Position numbers and translations under genes: made by a program
Virus record (IMG/VR): IMGVR_UViG_2935124990_000001
Coordinates: 27,888 to 91,887 of that record
Length of the DNA stretch: 64,000 nucleotides
DNA from: a virus
Taxonomy: Duplodnaviria; Caudoviricetes
Strand: one strand, 5' to 3'
Part shown: one piece after another, positions 7,854 through 14,763 of the stretch
Layout: each line of letters opens with the position of its first letter
Numbering within the stretch: the first letter of the stretch is position 1
The notes under the pieces: model-generated
What the model saw: only the letters and a program-made list of their open reading frames with translations
Told to the model about the DNA's origin: nothing
Databases searched by the model: none

Positions 7854-8998
7854 GAGGGCTCCTCAGTCCGGGCGGCCGCCTTCTTCGCGATCTGAGACAG
7901 CGGGTTGCGGTCCCCGGTGCTGTCCTCCTCGTCGATGTACCCAATCAGGGCCTTCGATCGGTCGTCCCACCCGCCGTGCCGGCCGATGTCGACGATGTCC
8001 ACCCCCGCCGCCCGGGCGCTTTTGACCAGGCCGCGGCGCAGCGAGTGCGACGTCCACTTCCCTGGCAGGCCGGTGCGGTGGATGGAGCGGCTGACGATGT
8101 CGGAGGCCCCGTTGATGCTGATCCGCCCGTCTGGGTCCCCGATCGGCTCGCCCTTGCGGGTCATCTCGGCGCCCATGTATCCCCACTGGTCGATCCGCAT
8201 GAACAGCGGCCCCTTCGTGTGCCCTTCGTGTGCGAGGGCGTCCACCAGGTCCCGTACAGCGGTGACGGTACACAGAGCCGGGTCCGGGTCGGGCTGCACT
8301 TCGACGTTCTGCCACTTCTTCCGCTTCTTGCGGTACACCCGCACGGTGAACCCGCCTTCGGGCAGGTCGGTGAAGCTGCCCGGCCAGTTCAGGGGGGCGA
8401 GTTCGCTGCCTCGGGAGGCGATGGCGTGCCCGAGGAGCATGAGGGCGGCGTCCCGTTTCCCGACGAGGGTGTTCCGGTCGAGGTGGGAGAGGGCTTCTGC
8501 GAGGACGGCACGGTCGGCGGCCGCCGCCTTGCGCGGGGTCGCGGCCGGGTCCTGGGCCTCGGACAGCTCCCGCCGGTACCCGGCGACGACCTTGCGGGCC
8601 CCCATGGTGTCCGGCGGCTTGAACCCGGCGGCCCGGTGGGAGGAGCGAATCGACGCGATGATCCGGTCCATCGACGCCGGACCGTACGGCCGCCCGGTTC
8701 GCTTCCGGGGGGTGCGCTTCAGGTACGACAGGTACGCGGTGACGGTCTGCGGGGCAGCAGGGAGGACCCGGCGGCCGACCGTGTCGCACCAGGCGGCGAA
8801 CTGCTTCATGTCGCCGTCGTACGCGTCGCTGGTGTCCTTCGGGATGCCCGCCCGGACGTCCGCCTCGGCCTCTGGCGGCAGCCACGCGTCGGGGTCCTCC
8901 TCGGCCAGCGGAACAGCCGGGGCCCGGTCCTCCGGGATCGCGGGGAGCAGGCCCTCCTCGACCAACTCCCCGTCCACCACGCCGTCGCGCTCGCTCAC
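7850..8998 (-). CDS. Cre-like tyrosine recombinase (resolvase/integrase)
   Basis: RDAALMLLGHAIASRGSEL, KKRK, HSLRRG, GGW and GYID give an intact R-K-H-R-W-Y set. Confidence 0.9.
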   Translation of the reverse strand: MSERDGVVDGELVEEGLLPAIPEDRAPAVPLAEEDPDAWLPPEAEADVRAGIPKDTSDAYDGDMKQFAAWCDTVGRRVLPAAPQTVTAYLSYLKRTPRKRTGRPYGPASMDRIIASIRSSHRAAGFKPPDTMGARKVVAGYRRELSEAQDPAATPRKAAAADRAVLAEALSHLDRNTLVGKRDAALMLLGHAIASRGSELAPLNWPGSFTDLPEGGFTVRVYRKKRKKWQNVEVQPDPDPALCTVTAVRDLVDALAHEGHTKGPLFMRIDQWGYMGAEMTRKGEPIGDPDGRISINGASDIVSRSIHRTGLPGKWTSHSLRRGLVKSARAAGVDIVDIGRHGGWDDRSKALIGYIDEEDSTGDRNPLSQIAKKAAARTEEPS

Positions 8999-9246
8999 GG
9001 CCCGGTCACCTCAGCGATCCAACGCCGCAGTGCGCCCACCTCGTCCGGGGATGCGTGCTCCTGGGCGTACTTCATGACGACCGCGTACAGCGCTCCTTCG
9101 AGGTGTTGACGTTCCTCGAACTGCCGGAGGACAGCTCTGGAGAAGTCCCCAATGCTGGAGTCGCCCCGCTCATCTGCGCTGGCAGCCGCGTCATGGAAGG
9201 CCGCCGTTACCAGGAGGTGCGCAGTCGCCTCATCATCCGGGCTCAC
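8995..9246 (-). CDS. Hypothetical protein
   Basis: GTGA overlaps on both sides; from VSPDDEATAH. Confidence 0.55.
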   Translation of the reverse strand: MSPDDEATAHLLVTAAFHDAAASADERGDSSIGDFSRAVLRQFEERQHLEGALYAVVMKYAQEHASPDEVGALRRWIAEVTGP

Positions 9247-9746
9247 GGCCGCCACCCTTCCTGGTAGTCCTGGTGGTCCGCGTACGGCACGGCCAGGGCG
9301 CACAGGGTCGGGCACGGCATCTCCGGCCAGTCGGCGTCGGTCGTATTCGCGTCGCACGCATGGCACACCTCCACCGGATCGGCGGGGGAACCGTCCTGGT
9401 GAACCAGAGTCGTTGTCCGTACCGCGCGGTGCAGGACGACGACGCGGCGCTTCGCTGCGACCTCGGCAAGCACGCGAGCCGGATCGTGGAGGGCGATGTG
9501 CAGTGCATCCTCTGTCGACTCGAAGACGGATGCCTCCCCGCCCCAGCGTCCACCCCCGACCACAGTGCTGCCGTCGGCGCCGTAGATCGCCTCAGCGAAT
9601 CCCTTGTTGTCCACTCTCCACGGACCATCGGTGGCTGCCCGCGCGGCCCTCTCCTCTTCGTCCAGCCTGGCCGACAGGAACGCCGCCACACCACTCTGTG
9701 CGGACGCTTTCCACGCTCTCCATGCCGCTTCGCTCTGTGGCTCCAT
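9243..9746 (-). CDS. DUF6221-like protein
   Basis: AFLSARLDEEE...HIALHDPARVLAEVAAKRRVV...LAVPYADHQDYQEGWRP. Confidence 0.75.
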   Translation of the reverse strand: MEPQSEAAWRAWKASAQSGVAAFLSARLDEEERAARAATDGPWRVDNKGFAEAIYGADGSTVVGGGRWGGEASVFESTEDALHIALHDPARVLAEVAAKRRVVVLHRAVRTTTLVHQDGSPADPVEVCHACDANTTDADWPEMPCPTLCALAVPYADHQDYQEGWRP

Positions 9747-9766
9747 AGAAGGAACATTATCTGGAG
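9741..9766. other. Candidate tyrosine-recombinase site (dif-like, 6-bp spacer)
   Basis: CTCCATAGAA-GGAACA-TTATCTGGAG; arms 8/10 inverted. Confidence 0.45.
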
Positions 9767-9808
9767 TGATGCACGCCGATGCCTCCGCCAAGCCGTTCTG
9801 CGGCAGCG

Positions 9809-10027
9809 CTACACCTTGATCGAGTGGCGCACGGGAGACCAGCGGGCGGGGAGCTGCACATCGCAGTCCGGGCATAGGTGCGCGACCAACTCGCCGACGG
9901 GCTGGGCGTGTACGGGTACAGCCCCAGGGTGTGCGCAGCCGAAGCCCTCCGCGCGAGCGGCCTGGGCCAGTCGATCTCCGAGCGCACGCCAGGCGTCACG
10001 CTCTCTTCGGACAGCCCGCCGGATCAT
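9809..10027 (-). CDS. Small zinc-binding hypothetical protein
   Basis: GGAGG RBS; CAH...LCPDC. Confidence 0.55.
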   Translation of the reverse strand: MIRRAVRRERDAWRALGDRLAQAARAEGFGCAHPGAVPVHAQPVGELVAHLCPDCDVQLPARWSPVRHSIKV

Positions 10028-10046
10028 GAGCGCCTCCTGGTAGCTG

Positions 10047-10077
10047 CACCTCGGGTAAGGAGAGGTTATCCGAGGTG
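10047..10077. other. Candidate lox/dif-like recombination site
   Basis: CACCTCGGGTAA-GGAGAGG-TTATCCGAGGTG; 12-bp arms with one mismatch and an asymmetric spacer. Confidence 0.55.
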
Positions 10078-10114
10078 AGACGCAGCGTTCCGCCTGGCGC
10101 GGTGGGCCGGAGCG

Positions 10115-10483
10115 TCAGCGGTTCCCCTCGGGGCCAAGCAACTCGCACTGCTCACACAGTGCTCCGTACGCCAGGTTGTTGCAGTCCGGGGTAGCACAGC
10201 GCGAGGCGATTGCCCTCGTCGGCCTGACCGGCACCTTCGCAGACCCGCGCATGAGCTGCTCCAGGATCACGCGTGCGTGGTTGATCTCCCGGCTCACGGC
10301 CTCATCGCCGACCAAGTCGTCCAACGGGAGGGGAGGGTTCTCGGAAAGGTAGCTGGCGTGGGTTTCCCGGAGCACCTCCCACAGTGGTCCCTCTTCGCCG
10401 TCGACAACCTTGACTTCGAATGCGTGCACAAGAGCCAGGAGCCGAGCGTAGTCATGGCTACCTATAGGGCGTTCATCAGGCAT
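10115..10483 (-). CDS. Hypothetical protein with C-terminal Cys4 motif
   Basis: CATPDC...LCEQC; possible leaderless promoter (TAAGCT). Confidence 0.6.
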   Translation of the reverse strand: MPDERPIGSHDYARLLALVHAFEVKVVDGEEGPLWEVLRETHASYLSENPPLPLDDLVGDEAVSREINHARVILEQLMRGSAKVPVRPTRAIASRCATPDCNNLAYGALCEQCELLGPEGNR

Positions 10484-10521
10484 GACATGTGAGCTTATCG
10501 CGGGTCAGAATCCGGAGGATG

Positions 10522-10557
10522 CCGCCGTTTCTGCTCTGTGCGCCATCCTAAGGATCA
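10522..10557. repeat. 36-bp direct repeat, copy 1
   Basis: CCGCCGTTTCT-GCT-CTGTGCGCCATCCTAAGGATCA; 33/36 identical to 11555-11590. Confidence 0.85.
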
Positions 10558-10576
10558 CCCCGGTTCGCGGTCGGGA

Positions 10577-11476
10577 TCAGCGAGAGCGAGGAAAGCGGAA
10601 CCCGCCTTCCCGGAGAACGCGCCGGAGGGTCGGGTCGGTGATGCCGTACGCCTTGGTCAGATCGGTCAGCTTCTCGCCAGACTTGGCCCTCTCAAGGATT
10701 TCGCGCTCCGGCAGGTCCTTCCGAGGAGCACCCTGTCCACGGAGCGCCACGCCTGCGTCTTGCAGCACCTTGGAGATGGTGCGCCATGCCATGCCGTTCT
10801 GACGCGCGAGCTCCTGGATGCCAACCCCGCCCTCGTAAGCGGCAATGATCTCGGCGTTTGACTGGCGCGCCTTCTGGTGTGAGTCCGGACCCCGGACCCC
10901 TCGAACGGCATCCTTCATGACGCCTTGTGACACGCTGAACCGCTTGGCCAGTTCAGGGGTGCTGACGCCTTGCCCGCGCAGCCTCCGGGCTTCCTCTTTC
11001 TGCTCGTCGCTGAGCGCAGGGGCATACCCGGTCGACCTCATCTCCACGCCCTGCTCGGCAAGTACGCGCCTGATTGGACCATCGGAGACGCCGTAGGTGG
11101 CGGCGAGCGCGCGGATGGTCTCGCCCGAGCGGTAAGCGGCAGCGATCTCTTCCGCTGGCAGGTCCAGCGGCGGTTGCTTGGCGGGCCGCCTCTCGACCCC
11201 CGCGTCTACCAGAATCCGGCGGATCTTCGTCGTGTCGACGCCGTAAGCCTCGGCAAGCTCAATGATGGTCTGCCCGCCTCGGTACTTCTCGACCACTTCC
11301 CCGGATTCCGCGAACGGCTTCCAAGGGCCTCGTGGCCGTCGTTCCTCCGCAGGAACGGCCTTGAGGACAGTCGGGCGGGAAACGCCGTACCGCTCGGCGA
11401 TCACGGCAGTTTTGACCCCATCGGCATACAGGGCGCGGATCTCCTTGACCTGCTCATCAGTAAGCGCTCGCGGCAT
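10577..11476 (-). CDS. Protein made of six tandem HTH domains
   Basis: Six repeats of Y..G.T...LA..YGVS...I...L; start taken at MPRAL. Confidence 0.8.
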   Translation of the reverse strand: MPRALTDEQVKEIRALYADGVKTAVIAERYGVSRPTVLKAVPAEERRPRGPWKPFAESGEVVEKYRGGQTIIELAEAYGVDTTKIRRILVDAGVERRPAKQPPLDLPAEEIAAAYRSGETIRALAATYGVSDGPIRRVLAEQGVEMRSTGYAPALSDEQKEEARRLRGQGVSTPELAKRFSVSQGVMKDAVRGVRGPDSHQKARQSNAEIIAAYEGGVGIQELARQNGMAWRTISKVLQDAGVALRGQGAPRKDLPEREILERAKSGEKLTDLTKAYGITDPTLRRVLREGGFRFPRSR

Positions 11477-11554
11477 CACACCGTGCCTCACCCTCTGCTT
11501 ATCGTCGGTCTTTATAGTATAGAGGGTGAATTAACAAACTTTCCGTCGCCAGCC

Positions 11555-11590
11555 CCGCCGTTTCTTTGCTGTGCGCCATCCTAAGGATCA
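11555..11590. repeat. 36-bp direct repeat, copy 2
   Basis: CCGCCGTTTCT-TTG-CTGTGCGCCATCCTAAGGATCA. Confidence 0.85.
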
Positions 11591-11689
11591 GGCCGGATAC
11601 AGGCCGAGCCGCTGGAGCAGCACCGTGATCCCGTAGATCACGACGGATCCCGCGACCCAGACCGTCACGGCGAGCACCCGGTACTTCAC
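11588..11689 (-). CDS. 33-aa single-TM microprotein
   Basis: Own translation MKYRVLAVTVWVAGSVVIYGITVLLQRLGLYPA; GTGA overlap; stop lies in the repeat. Confidence 0.5.
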   Translation of the reverse strand: MKYRVLAVTVWVAGSVVIYGITVLLQRLGLYPA

Positions 11690-12375
11690 CGTGACTCCTC
11701 TATGTCCCACGTACGGTCGGCACCACATACAACGCTCACAAGCTCGCCCAGCTCTCCGGCGTCCGGGGTTAGCGCCCCGGTGCGGTGATTGAACAGGGCC
11801 ACCTTGAGCCTGTCCCGCACGCTGATCTCCTGGTCAGGCACCGTCGTGCGCAGCTCACCCTCGCCTGACGTCCGGACGACTTCGTCCGCCCACACGTTGC
11901 GCCACACCACCGCCGGACGACGCATCACCCGGTAGGTGGTGGCCGACACTCCGACGAGGTCCCCCAGGTCCGCGCGGCCCAGATCCTCCAGGTCCGCCAC
12001 CTCAAAGCGGGAGAAGCAGTCGGCACCACGCAAGTTGGGCTTGCAGTGCACGACCCAGCCCCGCTCGTGGTCCGCGTAGATCCTGCTGTGACCGGCAGGG
12101 ATCTCCTGACTCGCCTCGCGCAGTCGGTCCGCAGAAGGTGCGAGTTCTTGCTGCCTGCCCATCTCTCGCAACATCGCCCGGACGACCCAGATGTAGGGGA
12201 TCCCCAGGGCGACCGAGAGCGCTGACATGGTCCAGAGCACCGGACCCCAGGCTTCGGGCGTTACGTAGATGGATGCCGCGAGATAGGCGAAGCTCAGGGC
12301 GATCGAGACGGCAGTGACGATGACGGTTCTGTGTGCTCTGCGGAGCTGGCTGGAGAATGCGCAGGAAGAGGCCAT
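11686..12375 (-). CDS. Membrane protein (2 TM plus soluble domain)
   Basis: Two N-terminal hydrophobic helices. Confidence 0.65.
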   Translation of the reverse strand: MASSCAFSSQLRRAHRTVIVTAVSIALSFAYLAASIYVTPEAWGPVLWTMSALSVALGIPYIWVVRAMLREMGRQQELAPSADRLREASQEIPAGHSRIYADHERGWVVHCKPNLRGADCFSRFEVADLEDLGRADLGDLVGVSATTYRVMRRPAVVWRNVWADEVVRTSGEGELRTTVPDQEISVRDRLKVALFNHRTGALTPDAGELGELVSVVCGADRTWDIEESR

Positions 12376-12666
12376 GCGTCCAACGTCGCACGCGTCAGGC
12401 GAAACGCTCCCCCTGCTCCGTCATGGGTACAGCAGCCGGGACAGTGGCATGGGTCGGGCACCGGGCTCGTGCGGGCGTTCCGGCGGGTCGGGTGGTTCGC
12501 CGGGGTGTGGGGTGTCGTCGGGGCCGGCCGCCTCGGCCTCGCGGGGGTTCGGGTCGGTGCTCATGGTTCAAGGGTGCGCCTGGTGGGCGGAGTTGCTGCC
12601 CCAGGCCACGCGGCTTTCTTGAAAAGAGACTATGAATGCCAACCAAGAAGCGCTACCTTGGTCTGT

Positions 12667-12972
12667 ATGACGAAGAACCTCCCCCGACTCATTCCCACCG
12701 GCAAGTGCTTCTGCGGCTGCGGAACCGACATCGGCCTCGGCAGCTTCTTCGCGCGCGGCCACGACAAGGTCGCCGAAGCCGCCCTCATCGCCGTCGAATA
12801 CGGCGGCTCCGTCGCCCAGATGCTCCACGCCAAGGGCTTCGGCCCCAGCCACTCCGTCACCCACAAGGCCATCACAGACGCAGGCTGGGAGGAGTGCGAG
12901 CGGTGCGGCTACATCGGCGCACCGGCCAGCATGCGCAACCACGAGAAGAAGCCCCACCAGAGCGACCAGTGA
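12667..12972 (+). CDS. CxCGCG...FxxGHD zinc-binding phage protein
   Basis: CFCGCGTDIGLGSFFARGHD; TACCTT 7 nt before ATG suggests a leaderless mRNA. Confidence 0.75.
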   Translation: MTKNLPRLIPTGKCFCGCGTDIGLGSFFARGHDKVAEAALIAVEYGGSVAQMLHAKGFGPSHSVTHKAITDAGWEECERCGYIGAPASMRNHEKKPHQSDQ

Positions 12973-12983
12973 GGACCGCAACC

Positions 12984-13247
12984 ATGGCCATCTCCGCCGA
13001 AGACCAGATCATTCACCACCTCAAGGACAGCGTCGGCCTTGCCGAAGCCGACCGGCTCGTAGCCGAGCTGCAGAGGCAGCGCGAAACGATGTACGAGGCC
13101 GGCGAGAACAGCGGATACGCCGACTGGGACAACGCCCTCGACGGCCTCCTCCCCGACAACGTCGAACCGCTCCCCACCCAGGTAGCGGAGTACGTACGGA
13201 AGCTCCAGCAGGAGATCGCCCGCCTCCGCACCACCACCGAGCAGTGA
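12984..13247 (+). CDS. Hypothetical protein (cassette)
   Basis: GAGGA RBS within junction repeat; ends TTTEQ. Confidence 0.7.
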   Translation: MAISAEDQIIHHLKDSVGLAEADRLVAELQRQRETMYEAGENSGYADWDNALDGLLPDNVEPLPTQVAEYVRKLQQEIARLRTTTEQ

Positions 13248-13261
13248 GGACCACGACCATG
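13231..13261 (+). repeat. 31-bp gene-junction repeat
   Basis: CCACCACCGAGCAGTGAGGACCACGACCATG; identical at 14374-14404, variants at 12954 and 13605. Confidence 0.9.
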
Positions 13262-13444
13262 GCGCCCACCGATTACGGGATTGCGTCCCCGTCCCGCCCC
13301 GACGACATCGAGCCCCTCGGCCGGCTGAACCGTCAGGCCGCCGAGGCCCGCATCGCGGACAGCCGCATCGCCTGGCCTGACGTCTACCTCGTCCAGCGCA
13401 CCAACCGCGCCTGGACGCCCGTCACCGACACCAAGGAGAGCTGA
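13259..13444 (+). CDS. Small hypothetical protein (cassette)
   Basis: ATG supplied by the junction repeat. Confidence 0.65.
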   Translation: MAPTDYGIASPSRPDDIEPLGRLNRQAAEARIADSRIAWPDVYLVQRTNRAWTPVTDTKES

Positions 13445-13446
13445 CC

Positions 13447-13623
13447 ATGTCGACCTACATGCCACCCGTTGGTGGGGAGAAGCGTGACTACTTCCCGCTG
13501 GAGGACGACTGCGTTGGCCCGGACGGTGAGGCGTACCCGGAGCACGACTACCCCCCGGTCGGGGAAGGTGACGAGTGCCGCCGCTGCGGGGCCGAAGCCG
13601 ACGACACCACCACCGATCAGTGA
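13447..13623 (+). CDS. Small acidic protein (H...CRRC)
   Basis: Own translation MSTYMPPVGGEKRDYFPLEDDC...ECRRCGAEADDTTTDQ; AAGGAG RBS. Confidence 0.65.
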   Translation: MSTYMPPVGGEKRDYFPLEDDCVGPDGEAYPEHDYPPVGEGDECRRCGAEADDTTTDQ

Positions 13624-13634
13624 GGAGTGATCGC

Positions 13635-14342
13635 ATGAGCAAGGCAGGCGAGGCATTGGCCGCAGATCGCATCGCCGCCGCCGGTTACCGCGCCTTGGAA
13701 CCGTTTCCCGGCAAGGTCAATCAGCGGTGGCTCATGGAGTGCACTGAGTGCGGCGAGCAGCAGCGACTCCGCCCGGACACCAAGCTGAAGCCCTGCCAGC
13801 ACAAGAAGCGGGAACAACAGCACCAGGAGGCCGTCGCCAGTGAGCAGCGCCTCTATGACGCCCTCGTGGCGGTCCGAACGCGGGCACTGAGCACGAAGAA
13901 TCTCCGTGCACTGGAGCCCCACCCGGGCATTGAGGGCACCCTCTGGTGGGTCGAGTGCAAGCACTGCGGCCGTAAGTGGCACATGAAGGAAGACCACCTG
14001 CGCGCCTGCCCGCACAAGGGTTCCGGTGACGCGGGGGCGCCGCTACCGCCAGCGAAGCCCGTGCCGAAGAAGCGGACGAGGAAGCCGAAGGATGGGGACC
14101 CGTCCTTCGAGCGCTTCTGGGAGCCGTTGCCTGTGTGGTGGACGGTGCGGGGCCTGCCTGAGGGCAGCAACCGGTACGAAACCGCGATCATGCGAGGCTG
14201 GTGGGACAAGGCGACCGCACGGGAACGCGAGGATCGTCTGGCCGAGCAGCGCGACCACATCGTGGCGACTGTGGCCAAGGCGAGGGGCGTGGTCGTCGAC
14301 CCCGCCAAGGTCACGTACACCATGGGCGAAGAGCCCCGATGA
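13635..14342 (+). CDS. Protein with two zinc-ribbon repeats
   Basis: LEPxPG...W..EC..CG...CxHK occurs twice; GAGGAG RBS. Confidence 0.7.
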   Translation: MSKAGEALAADRIAAAGYRALEPFPGKVNQRWLMECTECGEQQRLRPDTKLKPCQHKKREQQHQEAVASEQRLYDALVAVRTRALSTKNLRALEPHPGIEGTLWWVECKHCGRKWHMKEDHLRACPHKGSGDAGAPLPPAKPVPKKRTRKPKDGDPSFERFWEPLPVWWTVRGLPEGSNRYETAIMRGWWDKATAREREDRLAEQRDHIVATVAKARGVVVDPAKVTYTMGEEPR

Positions 14343-14373
14343 CCGAACTGACCCAGTCACCTTCGGCACCAGC

Positions 14374-14404
14374 CCACCACCGAGCAGTGAGGACCACGAC
14401 CATG
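14374..14404 (+). repeat. 31-bp gene-junction repeat (identical copy)
   Basis: Exact match to 13231-13261. Confidence 0.9.
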
Positions 14405-14557
14405 AGCACCCCCGACGAACTTCGGGCACGCGCTGACGAGCTGGAGAACCGTGTCCCTCCCGTAACCGCCGGACCCCGCACCGACGACGAACGCATGTGG
14501 CTGGAGAAGGCTGCCGCCCTCCGAGCTGAAGCCGACAACCTCGATACCGACGTGTAG
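14402..14557 (+). CDS. Small hypothetical protein (cassette)
   Basis: MSTPDELRARADELE...; ATG in junction repeat. Confidence 0.65.
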   Translation: MSTPDELRARADELENRVPPVTAGPRTDDERMWLEKAAALRAEADNLDTDV

Positions 14558-14569
14558 GACCCGCACAGC

Positions 14570-14606
14570 GCGACGCCCCGACCAGGACAAGTGGCCGGGG
14601 CGTCGC
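14570..14606. terminator. Hairpin between convergent transcription units
   Basis: GCGACGCCCCGACCA / TGGCCGGGGCGTCGC. Confidence 0.6.
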
Positions 14607-14763
14607 CGTGTCAGCCTACGTGCTGCTGCTTGTTTGTTGAGACGAGCCAAGGAAGACCGCCCAGAGGGGACCGGCAAGGCCGGGAGAGGCGTGCAAGATC
14701 CGGTTATTTAAGTCGCAAAACTATAGGACAACGCCGCAGGTCCAAGGCCCGGAACCGTCCTCC

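Noticed and set aside
6494-9109. 871-aa plus-strand Pro-rich ORF
   Set aside because: Shadow of the two minus-strand recombinase genes; its composition reflects C-rich skew
12421-12564. 47-aa Pro-rich minus-strand ORF (MSTDPNPRE...)
   Set aside because: Low complexity and no clear RBS; cannot be supported as a gene
12954-14404. Junction repeats interpreted as a CRISPR array
   Set aside because: Spacers are whole genes of 200-750 bp, the repeat is not palindromic, and no cas genes are present
14610-14763. AT-richer gap with TATAGT on the minus strand; possible sRNA or microgene
   Set aside because: No RBS-supported ORF, repeat or structure to back it
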